A DNA stretch of 56,471 nucleotides from Rhizaria sp. SCN 62-66 (Eukaryota): contig MEDY01000176.1 of NCBI GenBank assembly GCA_001724265.1, positions 1 to 56,471 on the forward strand, read 5' to 3'. The notes beneath the pieces are model-generated. The model searched no databases and was not told the origin of the DNA. It saw only the letters and a program-made list of their open reading frames with translations. Both the position numbers and the translations under genes were made by a program. Shown piece by piece: positions 27,786-39,922 of this stretch (the stretch's first letter is position 1; each line of letters starts with the position of its first letter).

Positions 27786-29225
27786 ATGTCTTACTCTGCT
27801 AGTACCTTGTCGTCGTCCTCAGCGGCCGGCAGCGGCACCCGCCAGCTGCCTGTGCGCGGTGTCACCGACGCCGCCATCGACACGTGCAACATCATGACGT
27901 GGCACACCGTCAACCCACAGCCGCCTGCGATCCCGCCGAACGTGCTCCCACCGTCCTTTGAGCTGGTTGAGTTCGGCGAGCTCGCTGTGGCGCTGCAGGG
28001 CAGCTCGACGGCGCTCAAGCTCCAGGCCCTGGCGCGGCTGATGTCGCTGTTGCAGCACCCCACGACGCTGCCGCGTCTCATTGCCAACGCGCAGAAGGTC
28101 TTTTCCGAGGGCGCCGCTACGGGTACCGTTGACGAGGACACGCTCAAGGCCTCGCTGGCGGACCGTCTGATTGCGGCCGGCCCCGACGGTGCGGCCCCAG
28201 CGTCGGGCCACCTGCCTGTGCGGCACAGTGGGCCGCACTACGCGGGCGACCTCTTCCAGGACGTCGTCGACACGCTCGAGGACGCCAGCGCGGACTGCCG
28301 CGCGCGCGCCGCTGCCGTGCTGCGAGTCGCCACCGCCGCGCCGCTAGGCCTCGAGTTCGCGGTCAAAGTGGACATCTTCCCCCGGCTGATGAAGCTGTCC
28401 GAGGACCCGTCCGCGGACTGCCGCGCGGGCCTCTACGCAGTGCTGCTGAACCTCACCAAGGCGCCCAACAGCACCGCACTCGACCGCATGCTCAAGCGCG
28501 GCCTCATCGCCACGCTCGTGACGGCGGCGGGGGCCGAGACCGCGCCCGCGGTCACGGAGGCGCTCCTGGCCGTGCTCGCCTCCGCGGTGCGGCGGTCGAC
28601 CGCGCTCGCGGCCCCTGTGCCCGCCGCCGCAGCGCCAGGCGCGGCCCCCGCGGCGCGCGGCGCGACGGAGCTCTCCGCGGAGGCCGAGACCGCGCTGGCC
28701 CTGGCAGTCTCGCTGCTGTCCTCATCGGATGACGCGGGGGTCTGGGCGGGCGCGGCGCGCGTCATCGCCGCCGCCGCGCTCGCGGCCAAGGGGCAGAACC
28801 ACGCCGTGGCGCTGGGCGCGGCCCCGCTGCTGTGCGCGGCGCTGGCGAGCGCGGTGCCGGCCGTGCGCGAGGCCGCCGCAGGGGCGCTCATGCAGGTGAC
28901 CGTGAGCCGGAGCGGCAAGGTCGCCGTCACATAGTGCGGCGGCGTCGCAGCGCTCTGGGCGGTCGTCACCGGCGTCCAGCAGCAGCAGCAGGGGGCGAGC
29001 GGCGCCTAGGGCGCGGCTGCGGTGGGCCAGGAGGCCGGTGTGACGGTGGCGCACGCGCTGGGGGCGTTGACCAACACGGCGGAGCTTCCGGCCAGCAAGG
29101 AGTGCGGCGTCATCACGGCGCCGGAGACGGCCGAGTTCCTCCGCAGGCTCATCGCCAGCACTAAGAGGGAGCTGGTGAAGCGCGCCGCCAAGAACGCGCT
29201 TGCGCAGTTTCTCTGGACGCCTTGA
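27786..29225 (+). CDS. RSPH14: Radial spoke head 14 / RTDR1-like armadillo-repeat protein (~479 aa) with 2 in-frame TAG codons
   Basis: ARM/HEAT repeats. Segments LSEDPSADCRAGLY, VREAAAGALMQVTV..GK, ALTNTAELP and the terminal KRAAKNALAQFLWTP match remembered RSPH14 features ([48 protein letters not shown]). ORFs 27762..28934 and 29022..29225 are in one frame; final stop TGA. Confidence 0.82.
28932..28934 (+). other. In-frame TAG #4, inferred sense codon
   Basis: SGKVAVT*CGGVAALW: sits at the polar position of the ARM helix-1 motif (typical AVVEAGGV). Confidence 0.85.
29007..29009 (+). other. In-frame TAG #5, inferred sense codon
   Basis: GVQQQQQGASGA*GAAAVGQEAG: a Gln/Ala/Gly low-complexity linker before the conserved RSPH14-like C-terminus. 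Confidence 0.8.
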
Positions 29226-29749
29226 TGGGCGAGGTGTAAGAGCAAATATGAGCAAAGTGAGGTCTTTGCAGTTCAGGTGGAGTTTACTTAGATTCGGATA
29301 TCAGGGCCTGTATATTCACATTTTTCTGAATAAACACAATGTATAGTTTTGAATCAAGTTGAAGAGTTAATTATTAAGTCATCATTCAGAAACAAGCATG
29401 TATATGTTGTTTGATAGACGTGGATTAATTTCGTCCACAAACGCAGATTCTGAACTGACCTTCTCGAAGACTCTGGAGGAGTCGGGAAGAATAACGGCAC
29501 TTTGCGTGCTCCAGCGTGCACATCATAACTTTTATTAAAAACGAAAGCAAACACCAGTAATCGTCCAATATTGAGCCAACTAATAATTTACTCACAACGG
29601 ATTCTTCTCGACTATTTTTTCCCACGCAGTTACCCCCAAACACACAACACACACGTCAACTGATCTTGTCTGTCTTGTCTTGCTCACAACTCAGAGCCTT
29701 CTTGCTTCTGCCTACGCACACCCAGCACACACTCACAACACACAACACA

Positions 29750-31306
29750 ATGTCCAAGGATAACATTGACCACACGATCCCCGTCGACTGGCCCGGGCTG
29801 CTGGCCTGGTCCATGAAGTACCACGACGACACCCGCACCTCCGAGGCCGTGCAGGCCATGTCTGCGGCCGACATGGAGTTCCTCACCTCGGCCATGGATG
29901 CCGTCATCATGGACCAGACGCAGCGCCTCAAGACGCTCATCGAGGTCCTGCGCCTGCCCGAGGACGGCGCGCGTCTGCACGAGCTCGTCACGCGCCACAA
30001 GAACGCGCTCCGCGCGCTCGACGACAAGAAGAACCTGCTCTCGGTGCTCGACGTGCGCCAGGCCAAGGCCGCGCGCGCGGACGAGCCCGCGGACGACACG
30101 ATCGCCGTTCCCGCGGACGCGGCGCCCGCTACGGCGGAGCAGCTGGTCGCGCTCGAGGCCCGCGTCGCGCGCGAGAAGGCCGAGGCGCTCGAGGAGGCCG
30201 AGGAGATCTGCTGGAAGGTCGACCGCGCCAACGGCTTCGTCGCGCTTAAGGGCCTGGGCCCGCTCGAGGCCTGCCTCAAGTCGGCGCACGCCCCCGTGCG
30301 CGCGCTTGCGGCGAAGCTCGTCGCGACGCTCGTGCAGAACAACGTCAAGGCGCAGACTGCGGTCTGCGAGACCAACATCCTGCAGTCGCTGCTCGCGCTG
30401 CTGGCCTTCGAGGACGAGACGGCCGTGGCTAAGCAGTTCGCGCTCAAGTGGATCACCAAGTTCTTCACCATCGACCTCTCCCCTGTGCTGGCGCCGCGCA
30501 CGCTCGAGGGCTACCAGGTCGTGCGCGCGGCCCTCTACGCGCTGTCCTGCCTGCTGTCGAACCACACACAGGCGCAGGCGCTCTTCCTCAGCAACTCCGG
30601 CCTGCCCCACCTCTTCCGCCTCCTCGCCGCCGCGCCGCACGCCGCCGAGCTCCCCCCCGCCTCGTCCGCTGGCAGTGACAGTGACGAGAGTGCGCGCGTG
30701 CGCAACTGCGCTGTGGTGATGCGCCGCCGCGCCGCCGCGCTGCTGGCCGAGCTCGCCGGCAGCGACGTCAAGCTGGGCCGCTCCACGGCCGAGAACATTC
30801 AGCGCTTCTGCGTGCGCCAGGCCGCCGAGCGCGCCGGCAAGGACGCCGACGCCGCGGCCGTGACCGACGCAGACACGCTCGCCGCCGTCTCCGCCTCCGC
30901 AGACGCCGAGGCTCGTGCTCTCGCGCAGGTGACGACCGCACTCGTCGAGGTCGAGAGCACCGAGGACGCCGCCAACGCGGCCGAGCCAGGCGCGGGCGCG
31001 AAGGCCGCGCACGCGGCGTGGGGCGGCGGCTACCAGGAGGGCAGCGACGCGTCGGGCTCGGTCCGCGTCGGCGTCGTGGTCGCCGAGGTCGCGTTGCTCA
31101 CGGTCACCGCCGCCGACTGGGCGCCCTTGGCCGCGGCGGGTGACCGCGAGACGCTCAAGGAGCTGCGCCGCGTCGTCGCCGCCGTCGGCAAGGCGGGCGG
31201 CGCGGGCGACGGCGGCCGCTACGACGCATTCGCGCGTGGGATTGCTGGCGAGCTCTTCCACGGAGACGCCGCCGCCGGCGAGGACGAGGAGGAGCACAGC
31301 GCGTAA
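29750..31306 (+). CDS. FES1: Hsp70 nucleotide exchange factor, Fes1/HspBP1 family (~518 aa)
   Basis: N-terminal DWPGLLAWS..., MEFLTSAM, DRANGFVALKGL, LVATLVQNNVKAQ, ALYALSCL; stop TAA. Confidence 0.85.
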   Translation: MSKDNIDHTIPVDWPGLLAWSMKYHDDTRTSEAVQAMSAADMEFLTSAMDAVIMDQTQRLKTLIEVLRLPEDGARLHELVTRHKNALRALDDKKNLLSVLDVRQAKAARADEPADDTIAVPADAAPATAEQLVALEARVAREKAEALEEAEEICWKVDRANGFVALKGLGPLEACLKSAHAPVRALAAKLVATLVQNNVKAQTAVCETNILQSLLALLAFEDETAVAKQFALKWITKFFTIDLSPVLAPRTLEGYQVVRAALYALSCLLSNHTQAQALFLSNSGLPHLFRLLAAAPHAAELPPASSAGSDSDESARVRNCAVVMRRRAAALLAELAGSDVKLGRSTAENIQRFCVRQAAERAGKDADAAAVTDADTLAAVSASADAEARALAQVTTALVEVESTEDAANAAEPGAGAKAAHAAWGGGYQEGSDASGSVRVGVVVAEVALLTVTAADWAPLAAAGDRETLKELRRVVAAVGKAGGAGDGGRYDAFARGIAGELFHGDAAAGEDEEEHSA

Positions 31307-31877
31307 AGTGCAAAGAGCGTTAAGTGCGAACAAAGATTATTTTAATGTAGCTTAGTATGTTAAAGATATTGTTTATTATTATGAACGTATTATTATCAGT
31401 ATGAGTGTATGAGTGTTGAAGTTACAGTAGCAATGAAAGAGAAGCACGCAGCAGGCCTAATGTGTGTCGTGTAAGTTGTGAAGTGCCACCCTTGCTGAGT
31501 GGCAACGATTGTTACAGTAGTTAAATTTTAATGGTTAGTAATACAAAACGTGAATATGAAACAACATACAATTTTGGTGTGATAACTAGTCCGCTTATGA
31601 ATGATATTGGGTGCTAACTCATATTAAAGCTTAAGCTGACTGTATATGAAGAGGATATGTAACTGGAAATTAGACGATATTACGACTTTGCAATGGCCAA
31701 CTCACCCCACCCAGATCGTGCCCGCATATGTTTGCGCCGCGATTACACCATCACCCATCGTTACTTACAAAACCAACATCATGAATGTGATGAAAGGTCG
31801 GAGGAGGTTGTCATGATGCACATGTGAGCCCATCTCGAGTTCATCTTATGCACCGACGCAGTAAATGATGTATAAGC

Positions 31878-32579
31878 TCACGTCATCGGAGTCACCACAG
31901 TCGTACCAGCATTCGCTTTGCTTGCGTTAGCATCTGCACCCGTCTCATCATCCTCCTTGAACGTTTTTTTGCCCCCACTGTTGTCGTCGTCACCGTCGTC
32001 GTCATCATCGTCGCCGTCGCCATCTCCGGGCACTGGCAGGAGGATGGCGTAGTCGATGGCGAACATCTTGGCCATGGCCCAGTACCCGCGCACGTCCCCA
32101 CTCCGCAGCACAGTGCCCGCCTCCAGGTTGAGTGGCGAGTCCGCCTGTGGGGAGCCCAGCAGGACGCCCACGGCGCGGCACACGGCCTCGAGCGTCCACG
32201 AGGCGACCCAGGAGGACTTGAGCACGTCGAGGCAGATCTCGCCCGTGCGCAGGTCCACGTTCGGGTGATAAAGCGGCGTGACAAACGCCACGGCAGGCGG
32301 CGCGTGCGGGTATCCGGGCGGCACCGTGATGGCCAGCTCCCAGCGCGCGGCCTCGAAGGGCGTGTCGTGCGGGCCAGACACCAGCGCCGTCCACGAGAAC
32401 AACGAGGCGGAACGGGGAAAAAGCATGATGCCCTCGCGCGGGTGGCGCGCCGCGAGCGCGGGCGGCAGCGGAGTCGAGTAGGGCAGCGCCTGGCAGAGCG
32501 CGTGCAGCGAGGCCGAGGCAGGGGAGACGCGCTGGATGTCGCGCCACTCCTTCGTCAAACGGTTCGTCGCAAGACTCAT
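31878..32579 (-). CDS. PEX4: Ubiquitin-conjugating enzyme E2, PEX4/UBC21-like (233 aa)
   Basis: RLTKEW, WTALVSGP.DTPFE, YHPNVD..TGEICLDVLK (catalytic Cys), WTLEAVCRA, DSPLN..AG..LRSGDVRGY resembling plant PEX4; acidic tail; stop TGA. Confidence 0.8.
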   Translation of the reverse strand: MSLATNRLTKEWRDIQRVSPASASLHALCQALPYSTPLPPALAARHPREGIMLFPRSASLFSWTALVSGPHDTPFEAARWELAITVPPGYPHAPPAVAFVTPLYHPNVDLRTGEICLDVLKSSWVASWTLEAVCRAVGVLLGSPQADSPLNLEAGTVLRSGDVRGYWAMAKMFAIDYAILLPVPGDGDGDDDDDDGDDDNSGGKKTFKEDDETGADANASKANAGTTVVTPMT

Positions 32580-33255
32580 CGGCGGCGTCGTGGTATTGCA
32601 GACCGCGGTGGCTGTGTGGAGTCACGTGTGGTGGTGTCTGCAATAGTTTGGCGAGGCCGTGGGTGTTACAGCTGTTGTGTTGCTGCGGTTTGGCGGAGCT
32701 GAGAGCAGAGAGGAAGGGAACTGGGAGTGATGTGAGTGATGTGACTTGCTGACAGGGCAACGCGTACGCAGAGGTAATTGACAAATTAGAGCGTACAATT
32801 TTGCAACCGAATACAAGACAATCTTAAATATCAGAATGCATGCCGAATATCTTAGTTTACGACTATGGATCGAGATACGGCTGCTTCAAAAATGTAACCA
32901 CAAACCAGATCTTTGGGGCAATACGACTAAAAGGATTACTTCTGTAGGCTGGCAGCCGTTGGGCTCTGACTGCCCCGCTCGAGATTGACCGCAATTTCAA
33001 ATCTTCCAACAGGTCACACAGGAACATAATGACCGTCCACTGGTCTCTAGATTGAATATATGTTTAGTTAGGAACGCGTGTATTTATATATTGAGGTTTT
33101 ATTTTCATGAGATCTTTGCATGTTGCCCTGCATACGACTCTCAGTTCTCTAACGGGTCGAAAATCCCTCTCGCCATCTCTCGCCTCCTAACAGACCTTCC
33201 TGCCTTTCCGTTCGATCTCTGTCGTTTCCCCACCTTTTCCTTTTCTAGAGTCACG

Positions 33256-35268
33256 ATGTCTGAGGCTGACCGTGACATGGAACTGCTCCAGCAGTCCCGA
33301 TTCCGCGTCTTCATCCAGCCCATTCGGTACGTCTCAGGGCCCCACACAATCACGCTCACAGAACATCACATACCCAGACCGACCACGCTTTGATATTCCT
33401 CTTCTCATCCTATATACCATGCGTTCTGTGTCCCCGTTATTCTCCCACTTACAGCGACATGCAGGAGAACTGGAGCGTCGACATCCCCGGCGGGCTGGAC
33501 GAGTTCCTGAACCTCATCGATGCGGCCGACGACGCTGACGTCAACTTCCGCCAGGCGGGTATGATCGTGCTGGGCTCCTCGCAGGTCTACTCGCGCAAGG
33601 TCGAGTTCCTCAAGAACCTCGTCTTCCAGCGCATGGACTCGTTTATCCGTCTCAAGAACAAGCGCAACGCCTCGGCCAGCTCCATCAACGAGGACGGCCG
33701 CGACCTCGACGCCGTCTTCGCCAACGAGGGCGAGGCCACGTTGCTCACCTTAGACTGGCCCGTCACACAGCAGCAGGCCGCCGTGAACGTTGACGACCGC
33801 GCTCCTCCGGGCTCGGCCGCGGACTTGGCGACCCGCGCGCACCTCAGCAGCAACCTCCATAGTATGGACGCGGGGGAGTACGTGCCGTACCACGCGCTGC
33901 GCCAGGCCCAGCTGCAGCCGCGGCCGCCCATCGCGCTGCTATCGCTCGACCCGACCCGCCTGCTGCCGAACCGCAAGGTGCCCAGCAGTGGCTTTAAGAT
34001 TGCGAACCTGGTGATGCACAGCTCCGGTGCGCTGCTGCTCCAAGAGAGCGACCGCCGCGCGGCCAACCCGCTCGCGCGCTCCAGCGGCCGCAACGGCGAG
34101 GGCCCCGGCGGCTTCGGCGGCGGCGACCGGCCCTTCGGCTCCCCGTCGAACGTCATGCGCGCGCAACACCTGGGCGTGATGATGGTGCACCGGCTGGGCG
34201 GCGGCGAGGTCGGCGACGACGGGCAACGCGTAGTGCGCCAGCTCCCGTTCAACTTCATCGGCGGCGGCGCGGGCGGCGCGTACGAGGACGGCGACGAGGA
34301 CGACTACGAGGGCTATGACGCCGAGGTTGCGCTGATGGGTCAGCAAAGCGCGCATCAGCAGCAGCAGGACGGGCTCGACGGGCTCGACGACCTGCCTGCG
34401 CCGGACCATGACAACGGCGACCACGACGACTACGACGACGGCGGCGGCCACCACGAGCACGACGACGGCAACATGCTTGACGGCGGCGACAACGGCGACG
34501 GCGGCGTGCTCGGCGCCGGCGCGATGGGCTACTACGCCGGTGCGGCCTCGTACGCGACAGTGGCCATGACCACGGGCGTCTCGCCCGGCCTCGGCACCTC
34601 CGCGTCCGCCGCCGTCGCCGCCGCTGCGACCGCGGGCGCTGCCGCCACGGGCCTCCTCCTCACCCACAACGACGACAGTAACAGTAGCAGCAGCAGCAGC
34701 GCGAGTGTGGCGCAGGCGTCGGTCGAGGCCGCGCTGGCCTCGGCCAAGCGCGCGCAGGAGGCCGCCGCGCAGGCCGCGGTCGAGGCCGAGGCGTCCGGCA
34801 CGGCGGCGGCGCGGCGCAAGGCTGATATCGCGAACCAGGCTGCCGCGGCCGCGACGCTGGCGGCGACAGAGGCGCAGACGATCGCTGCCGAGGCGGCCGC
34901 GCACAAGCTCGCGCAGCTGCAGCAGCAGCAGCTCTCGGCGGCGCGGCCCATGGCGCGCATCGAGGGCCCGTCGCTGCCGCCGGCGATCGAGTCGGTGCTG
35001 GCGAGCGTGATGCAGTCCCAGTCTGCGGGCTCTGCGCGCCTGGAGACGCTGGCGGACGCCGAGGAAAGCCGCGCCAACGAGGCGCTGCTGCGGCCCGTGC
35101 GCCGCGCGCCGCTGCCCGTGCCCCCCGCCTCGATACTATCACACGCGGCTGTGCCCCGCGAGCTCGAGGCCGCGCACACCGTCGCCACACTGACCGGCGT
35201 GTCGCTCCAGCAGCAGCAGCAGCAGGCCGCCGCCGCATCGGCCGCCGCCTCGAGCTCCGGCTCCGGCT

Positions 35269-35299
<31 letters not shown>

Positions 35300-37703
35300 C
35301 CGACTGCTGCTCGCCGCGTCCGCCGCGGCCGGCGTGGCCGCCGCGCGCGCCGCGCCAGCTGGCGTGGGCGCGGTGGACGGTCTGTTCCTGCAGATGGTAG
35401 CGCGCAACACTGCGCGCGCGCCCTTCAGCACCGAGTTTGCCAGCGAGTACACGCGCAACGCGACCGAGAAGCAGCGCGCCGTCCGCGCCGCCGCGCGCGC
35501 CAACAGCTCACGCAAGCGCGCCGCCGCTGCGGCCGCCTCCGCCGGTGGCGCCTCCGGTGTGGGCCCGAGCGGCGGCGGTGGTGTGGATGCGCAGCTCAGT
35601 GCCACGGCCGGGGTCAGGGCGGACCTGCCGCAGCCAGCGGCAGTGCGCGGCGCGGCTGATACCTCCTCCGACGCCGCCGCCGCCGCCACTGCTGCTGCTG
35701 CTGCGGGGAGCGCTAGTGCCGGCGCCGAAGTCGGCCTGGAGGACCTGGACGCGTCGTTCATCGCCCCGCCCGCCAGCACGGGCGCCCTCGGCACCGCAGC
35801 CGGCGCCAGTGTCGCTGCCGGTGCGGGCGCGGCCGGAGACTTCGACGCGCTGCTGGACGCCAACGGTCCGATGGGCGGCGGCGACGACGGCGGCTTTGGC
35901 GCCGGGTTCGACGACGACTACGACGACTTCGACTTCAACCCCACTGGCACCGGCGTCATCGCGGGCGTGCGCGGCGCCGGCGGTCATCGCCACGACGACG
36001 ACGACGACGACGAGGCGCTGTCCGCGCTGTCCGCCCTTACCGCTGCCGCCGCTGCGCCCGCGGACCCCACGCGCAACGCGTTCCTGTCGCCCTCCGCCGC
36101 CTCTTTGTCCAGCAGCAGCAGCGCGAGTGCGGGCGCGAGCAGCGACGACACGCTGCTGTGGGCGGCGCTCGAGAGCGACAACATCGCCGACGCCGTCTCG
36201 GCCGCGCGCGGGCTCTCGGGCGCCGGCGCGGCGCACGGCTCTGTGGGCGCCGGGCAGATGGTCGAGGCCGCGGCGGTGTCGTACAGCGCGCTGGTGCGGC
36301 GCGAGGTCGAGCAGTACCTCTCGCTGTCGGACCGGTACATGGGCCAGACCAAGCTCGCGGCGCGCGTGCGCGGCTGGGAGACGCGGCTGGAGCCTGTGCT
36401 GCGCGCTGAGGACGGGCGCCGGTCGTTCGACATCTTCGAGTACGGCACCACGGTCATGCGCGGCATCCAGCAGGGCGCGCCGCCGCCAGTGCCGCTCACG
36501 CGCGCTGAGGAGGACGCAGAGAAGGCGCGCATCGCGACCGCCGCGGCCAAGACGTCGGCGGCCGCGGTCGTGCAGCAGCAGCAGCGCGCGGACGCGGCGG
36601 CCGCGGCGGCAGCCGAGGCCGCGGGCGAAGTGAAGCGCGACGCCAAGGACGAGAAGCCCGTGCTGTCGTTCGCGGACGCGTTCCGTGGCCAGCCGCGGTG
36701 GGAGGTGTGCCGCGGGTTCCTGGCCGCGCTGCAACTGGCCAACAGCGGTAATGTCGACATCGTGCCTACGCCTGAGGGCTACGTGCACAACGGACCCGTG
36801 CCAGAGGACCACAGTAACAGCGACAGTAGTAGTGGTAGTAGCAGCGCCAGAGTCAAGATCGAGGGTGGCAGCGACCGTGCGAGCCGTTCGTCGGCCTCTG
36901 CGTCGGCCTCGGCGGCGGCGACGGGCGCGGCGGTCAACGGCGAGCAGTCGCTGCGCGCGCCCGGGTCCGTGTGCTTCAAGCTTATCACCACGGCCGGCCG
37001 CGTGCGCGAGGAGATCGGTACGTTCAGACGCACTAAGAGTATCAACGAGTAGCTGTATTTGCTCAACATCAGGCAAACATCTCTTGAAATTACTGGAATT
37101 CATCCCCAAATAACTCAACCTGTTTTAATTCAAATATCACTCCAAATACTCCGATATGCACTCACAATATCACTCTTTCTATCTTTTTCCGCTTTGCTTT
37201 CACACTGCGCAGAGGCGTCCGTCACCAGCGCCCTGCCCGCGTCCGCGGCGGCCGCGGCGGGCAGTTCCCGCGGCAAGCGCGGGCGCGCCGCCGCGGCGGG
37301 CGACGGCGACGAGGTGGACGAGGAAGAGGAGCGGCGCGCGCTCGAGGCCCTCGCGGGACTGGGCGCGGCTGACGGCAGTGCCGGTGCGGGCGGTCGCTTC
37401 GACGACGACGACGATGACGATGACGATGACGATGACGCTGGCTTTGGCAAGCGCGGCGGCGGGCGTGGCAAGGGATCCGCGTCCGCCGCGGCTTCTGCGC
37501 GCGGCGGCAAGAAGGGCCGTGGCGGCGACAAGGCCGACTACGAACAGGGCGACAGCGACGCGGAGGGCAGTGACGACGCCGATATCGGTGCCATTGTGGG
37601 GAGGCGCGAGGCCAAGCAGCGGGAGCGCGCGGCGGCTAGGAAAAAGCGCCCCGGCAAGGGACGCGAGCTGGCTGATGATGACGACGATGAGGACTCGGAT
37701 TGA
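33256..37703 (+). CDS. NCAPH2: Condensin II kleisin CAP-H2 (~1,374 aa, low-complexity expanded); exons 33256-33326, 33455-37017, 37213-37703
   Basis: Spliced N-terminus SRFRVFIQPIRDMQENWSVDI...NFRQAGMIVLGSSQVYSRKVEFL; C-terminal RVRGWETRLEPVL...FDIFEYG and WEVCRGFLAALQLANSGNV; stop TGA. Confidence 0.9.
33327..33454 (+). other. Spliceosomal intron, 128 nt, phase 2
   Basis: ATT CG|GTACGT ... CTTACAG|C GAC restores the conserved QPIRD motif. Confidence 0.9.
37018..37212 (+). other. Spliceosomal intron, 195 nt, phase 1
   Basis: ATC G|GTACGT ... TGCGCAG|AG GCG; AT-rich body between GC-rich coding segments; joins in frame to ORF 37059..37703. Confidence 0.8.
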
Positions 37704-38186
37704 GCAATACGAGGGCTTGGTGGCGCGAAGTGCAGCTGAGCAGCGTGCTTGCGTGAGTTTGGTGACAGCTTTCCATGGAGTTTTGCTGTAAAGTAATATG
37801 TATCACTTGAAATCTGGCCACGGGTTTGGAACCCGGGTACTATGATGTAAAAATACAACATATCGTGTTCCTTCTTGAAGCCATAATTGTTTAGTCCGAC
37901 TTCAAGTTGGTTTTGTGTTTTGCTTGTCATGCTGTTGTGGCAGCCAGGCGGGGGGTCGCCTGCACAGACCGTTTTTCCGAGGGTCAGAAACGACTCGTAG
38001 ATCAGACTCATGTGATCGTCATCGCGAATGTGAATACGATTTAGAGATAAACACGTGCGTTTTCATTACAAGCCTCTTTTAATACTTGCTCATTCTACAT
38101 ACTTCTTGCTGGATATGCATTGCCACCCGCAGCCACCACACTCAGACCAGAGAACAACGAGAGCAGAACACACCCTCCGTGTTACG

Positions 38187-39558
38187 ATGTCCTCCGCCGC
38201 AATGTACAAGATTGTCGGCGCGGCAGACTGTCCGTACTTTCTCCGTGCACAGCGCCTTGCTTACTTGCTGATGGCTCAGCTTGGTTTGACCACTCAGGAC
38301 ATCGTGATCGAGTCCCGCTCCCCTCAGGACTGGCCTGCCTACTACCAAGAGACTTGCAAGGTTCGTGCTTCGATGACAGAAACAAGGCTCACTGCGATCT
38401 CGCATGGCCCTTGACATTAAAAACTTTGTTATGCGATGCTATTCTGTGCGCTTTAATGCTTCTTTGGAAGATTGCACAGCTGACGAGTCGCTTGATGCGC
38501 TCCTTTGCCTCACACAAATATGGCGTGCTTGTCAATGCCAATCTTCATATATCAAGCTTAATTTGAGATAGAGTACTAAGATAGTGTTGTAATATGCGAT
38601 GTGCTTACTGATTTTTGCCCTTTGTCTCTTGTCATTCCCAATGCCTGTGATTCTCCGGCGCAGCAACTCAAGTACACGCGCGCGACGCCGGCCCCGAAGC
38701 CGACCCTGGCCCGCCCCGTCCCCCTGCCGCTGCCGCCGCGCACCGACCGCGTGCTGGTGTGGTCCCCGGCCACGCGCACGATTGTCGGCGGCGAGCTGGA
38801 GTGGAAGCAGCTGTGTGCGACGCGCTACGCGCTGGCTTGCGACTGGGACTGGGACCGCTGTCTCGAGGCCGCCGCGCTCAACAAGGACTTGCACACCACA
38901 CACGAGGACTACATCAATAAGGTACGATTTCTCACCAAAAATGTTTCTTTCTTAAAATAATCCTCGTTTTTCAAATTCAATTTCTCATATTTTTGCAATA
39001 TGATGCCTCTTTCCGTTCATTGCATTCCACTTTCTTTGCAGCGTCCCCTGGTTGCGCTGCTTACGGGCCCGCCCCTCTCGGGCAAGCGCACCCTCGCGCC
39101 TCTGCTCTGCGCGGCCCACCGGCTCCACCACGTGCACTCCGGCGCGCTGCTTGCCGCCGCGGCTCGCACCGACACAGCCCACGGCCACGCGGTGCGCATG
39201 TGGCTGCTCGCGCGCGCCGCACGCCTTGCGCCGCGTCCGCCGCGCGCGCACCGCCGCCGCGACGCCATCGCCCGCGCCGGCCATCCGGAGCAACAGGATG
39301 ACGGCACGGCCGCGGCTCATAGTGCCGAGGCGGGGGCTGGCGAGGACGACCGCGTGGCGCGGGTCGCGTTGGCCCCGCGCTCTGCCGTGACCTCGCCCTC
39401 GCACTCGACCGCCCACGCGTCTGCTCCCGCCGGCGCTAGTGCGGACAGCGCCGCGAGTGGCAGGGCCGCCGGAGTGGGCAGTCCTAGCGCGGCGGCGGGC
39501 GGCAAGCTGGCGACGTTCGACGACGACGTCGGTGGCGACGCGCTGGCCGGTGGCGACA

Positions 39559-39593
<35 letters not shown>

Positions 39594-39880
39594 TACGACG
39601 AAGACAGCGACGACGACGGCGCCGACGCTGCCGCTGCGGCCGCAAGCGGGGACCATTTAGCGCTCGTGGGCGCCGACGCCGCCGCGGCCGCGGCCGCGCT
39701 GGCGTTCATGGCCTCGACTGAGGCCGCGCTGCAGCCCACCGCGGCGGCAGCACGCGCGCTGCTACTCGCCTCCGCCTCCGCCGCCGCAGCAGCCAGCGAC
39801 AACACCAGCGCGAACTACAGCAGCAGCGGCAACAACAGCACCGTCGCGTCGCTGATCCTCAGCGAGAGCTACAGCGACGC

Positions 39881-39922
<42 letters not shown>

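Noticed and set aside
2880-29009. In-frame TAGs as 3' splice acceptors of small introns
   Set aside because: The flanks keep coding-like composition and repeat motifs, and I found no GTWCG-type donor at a frame-preserving distance (e.g. 10800-10888 is 89 nt, 10861-10888 is 28 nt). The inferred introns here are 120-303 nt and AT/pyrimidine-rich. RNA-seq is still needed for formal exclusion.
2906-29009. Programmed read-through, A-to-I editing (UAG to UGG) or pyrrolysine
   Set aside because: The downstream codons differ (GGT, GTC, CGC, TGC, GGC) with no shared read-through motif. Three serial leaky events would be needed for an anchored protein. Trp fits the polar contexts poorly, and pyrrolysine is not known in eukaryotes.
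785-29225. Pseudogenisation or sequencing error explaining the internal stops
   Set aside because: All five interruptions are TAG, with no TAA, TGA or frameshift in ~7,000 codons. Random decay or error should give mixed lesions and would not explain the absence of TAG at gene ends.
37050-37052. TAG ending ORF 33390..37052 as a real TAG stop or a sixth sense TAG
   Set aside because: It lies inside the inferred intron 37018-37212; the gene continues to TGA at 37701-37703.
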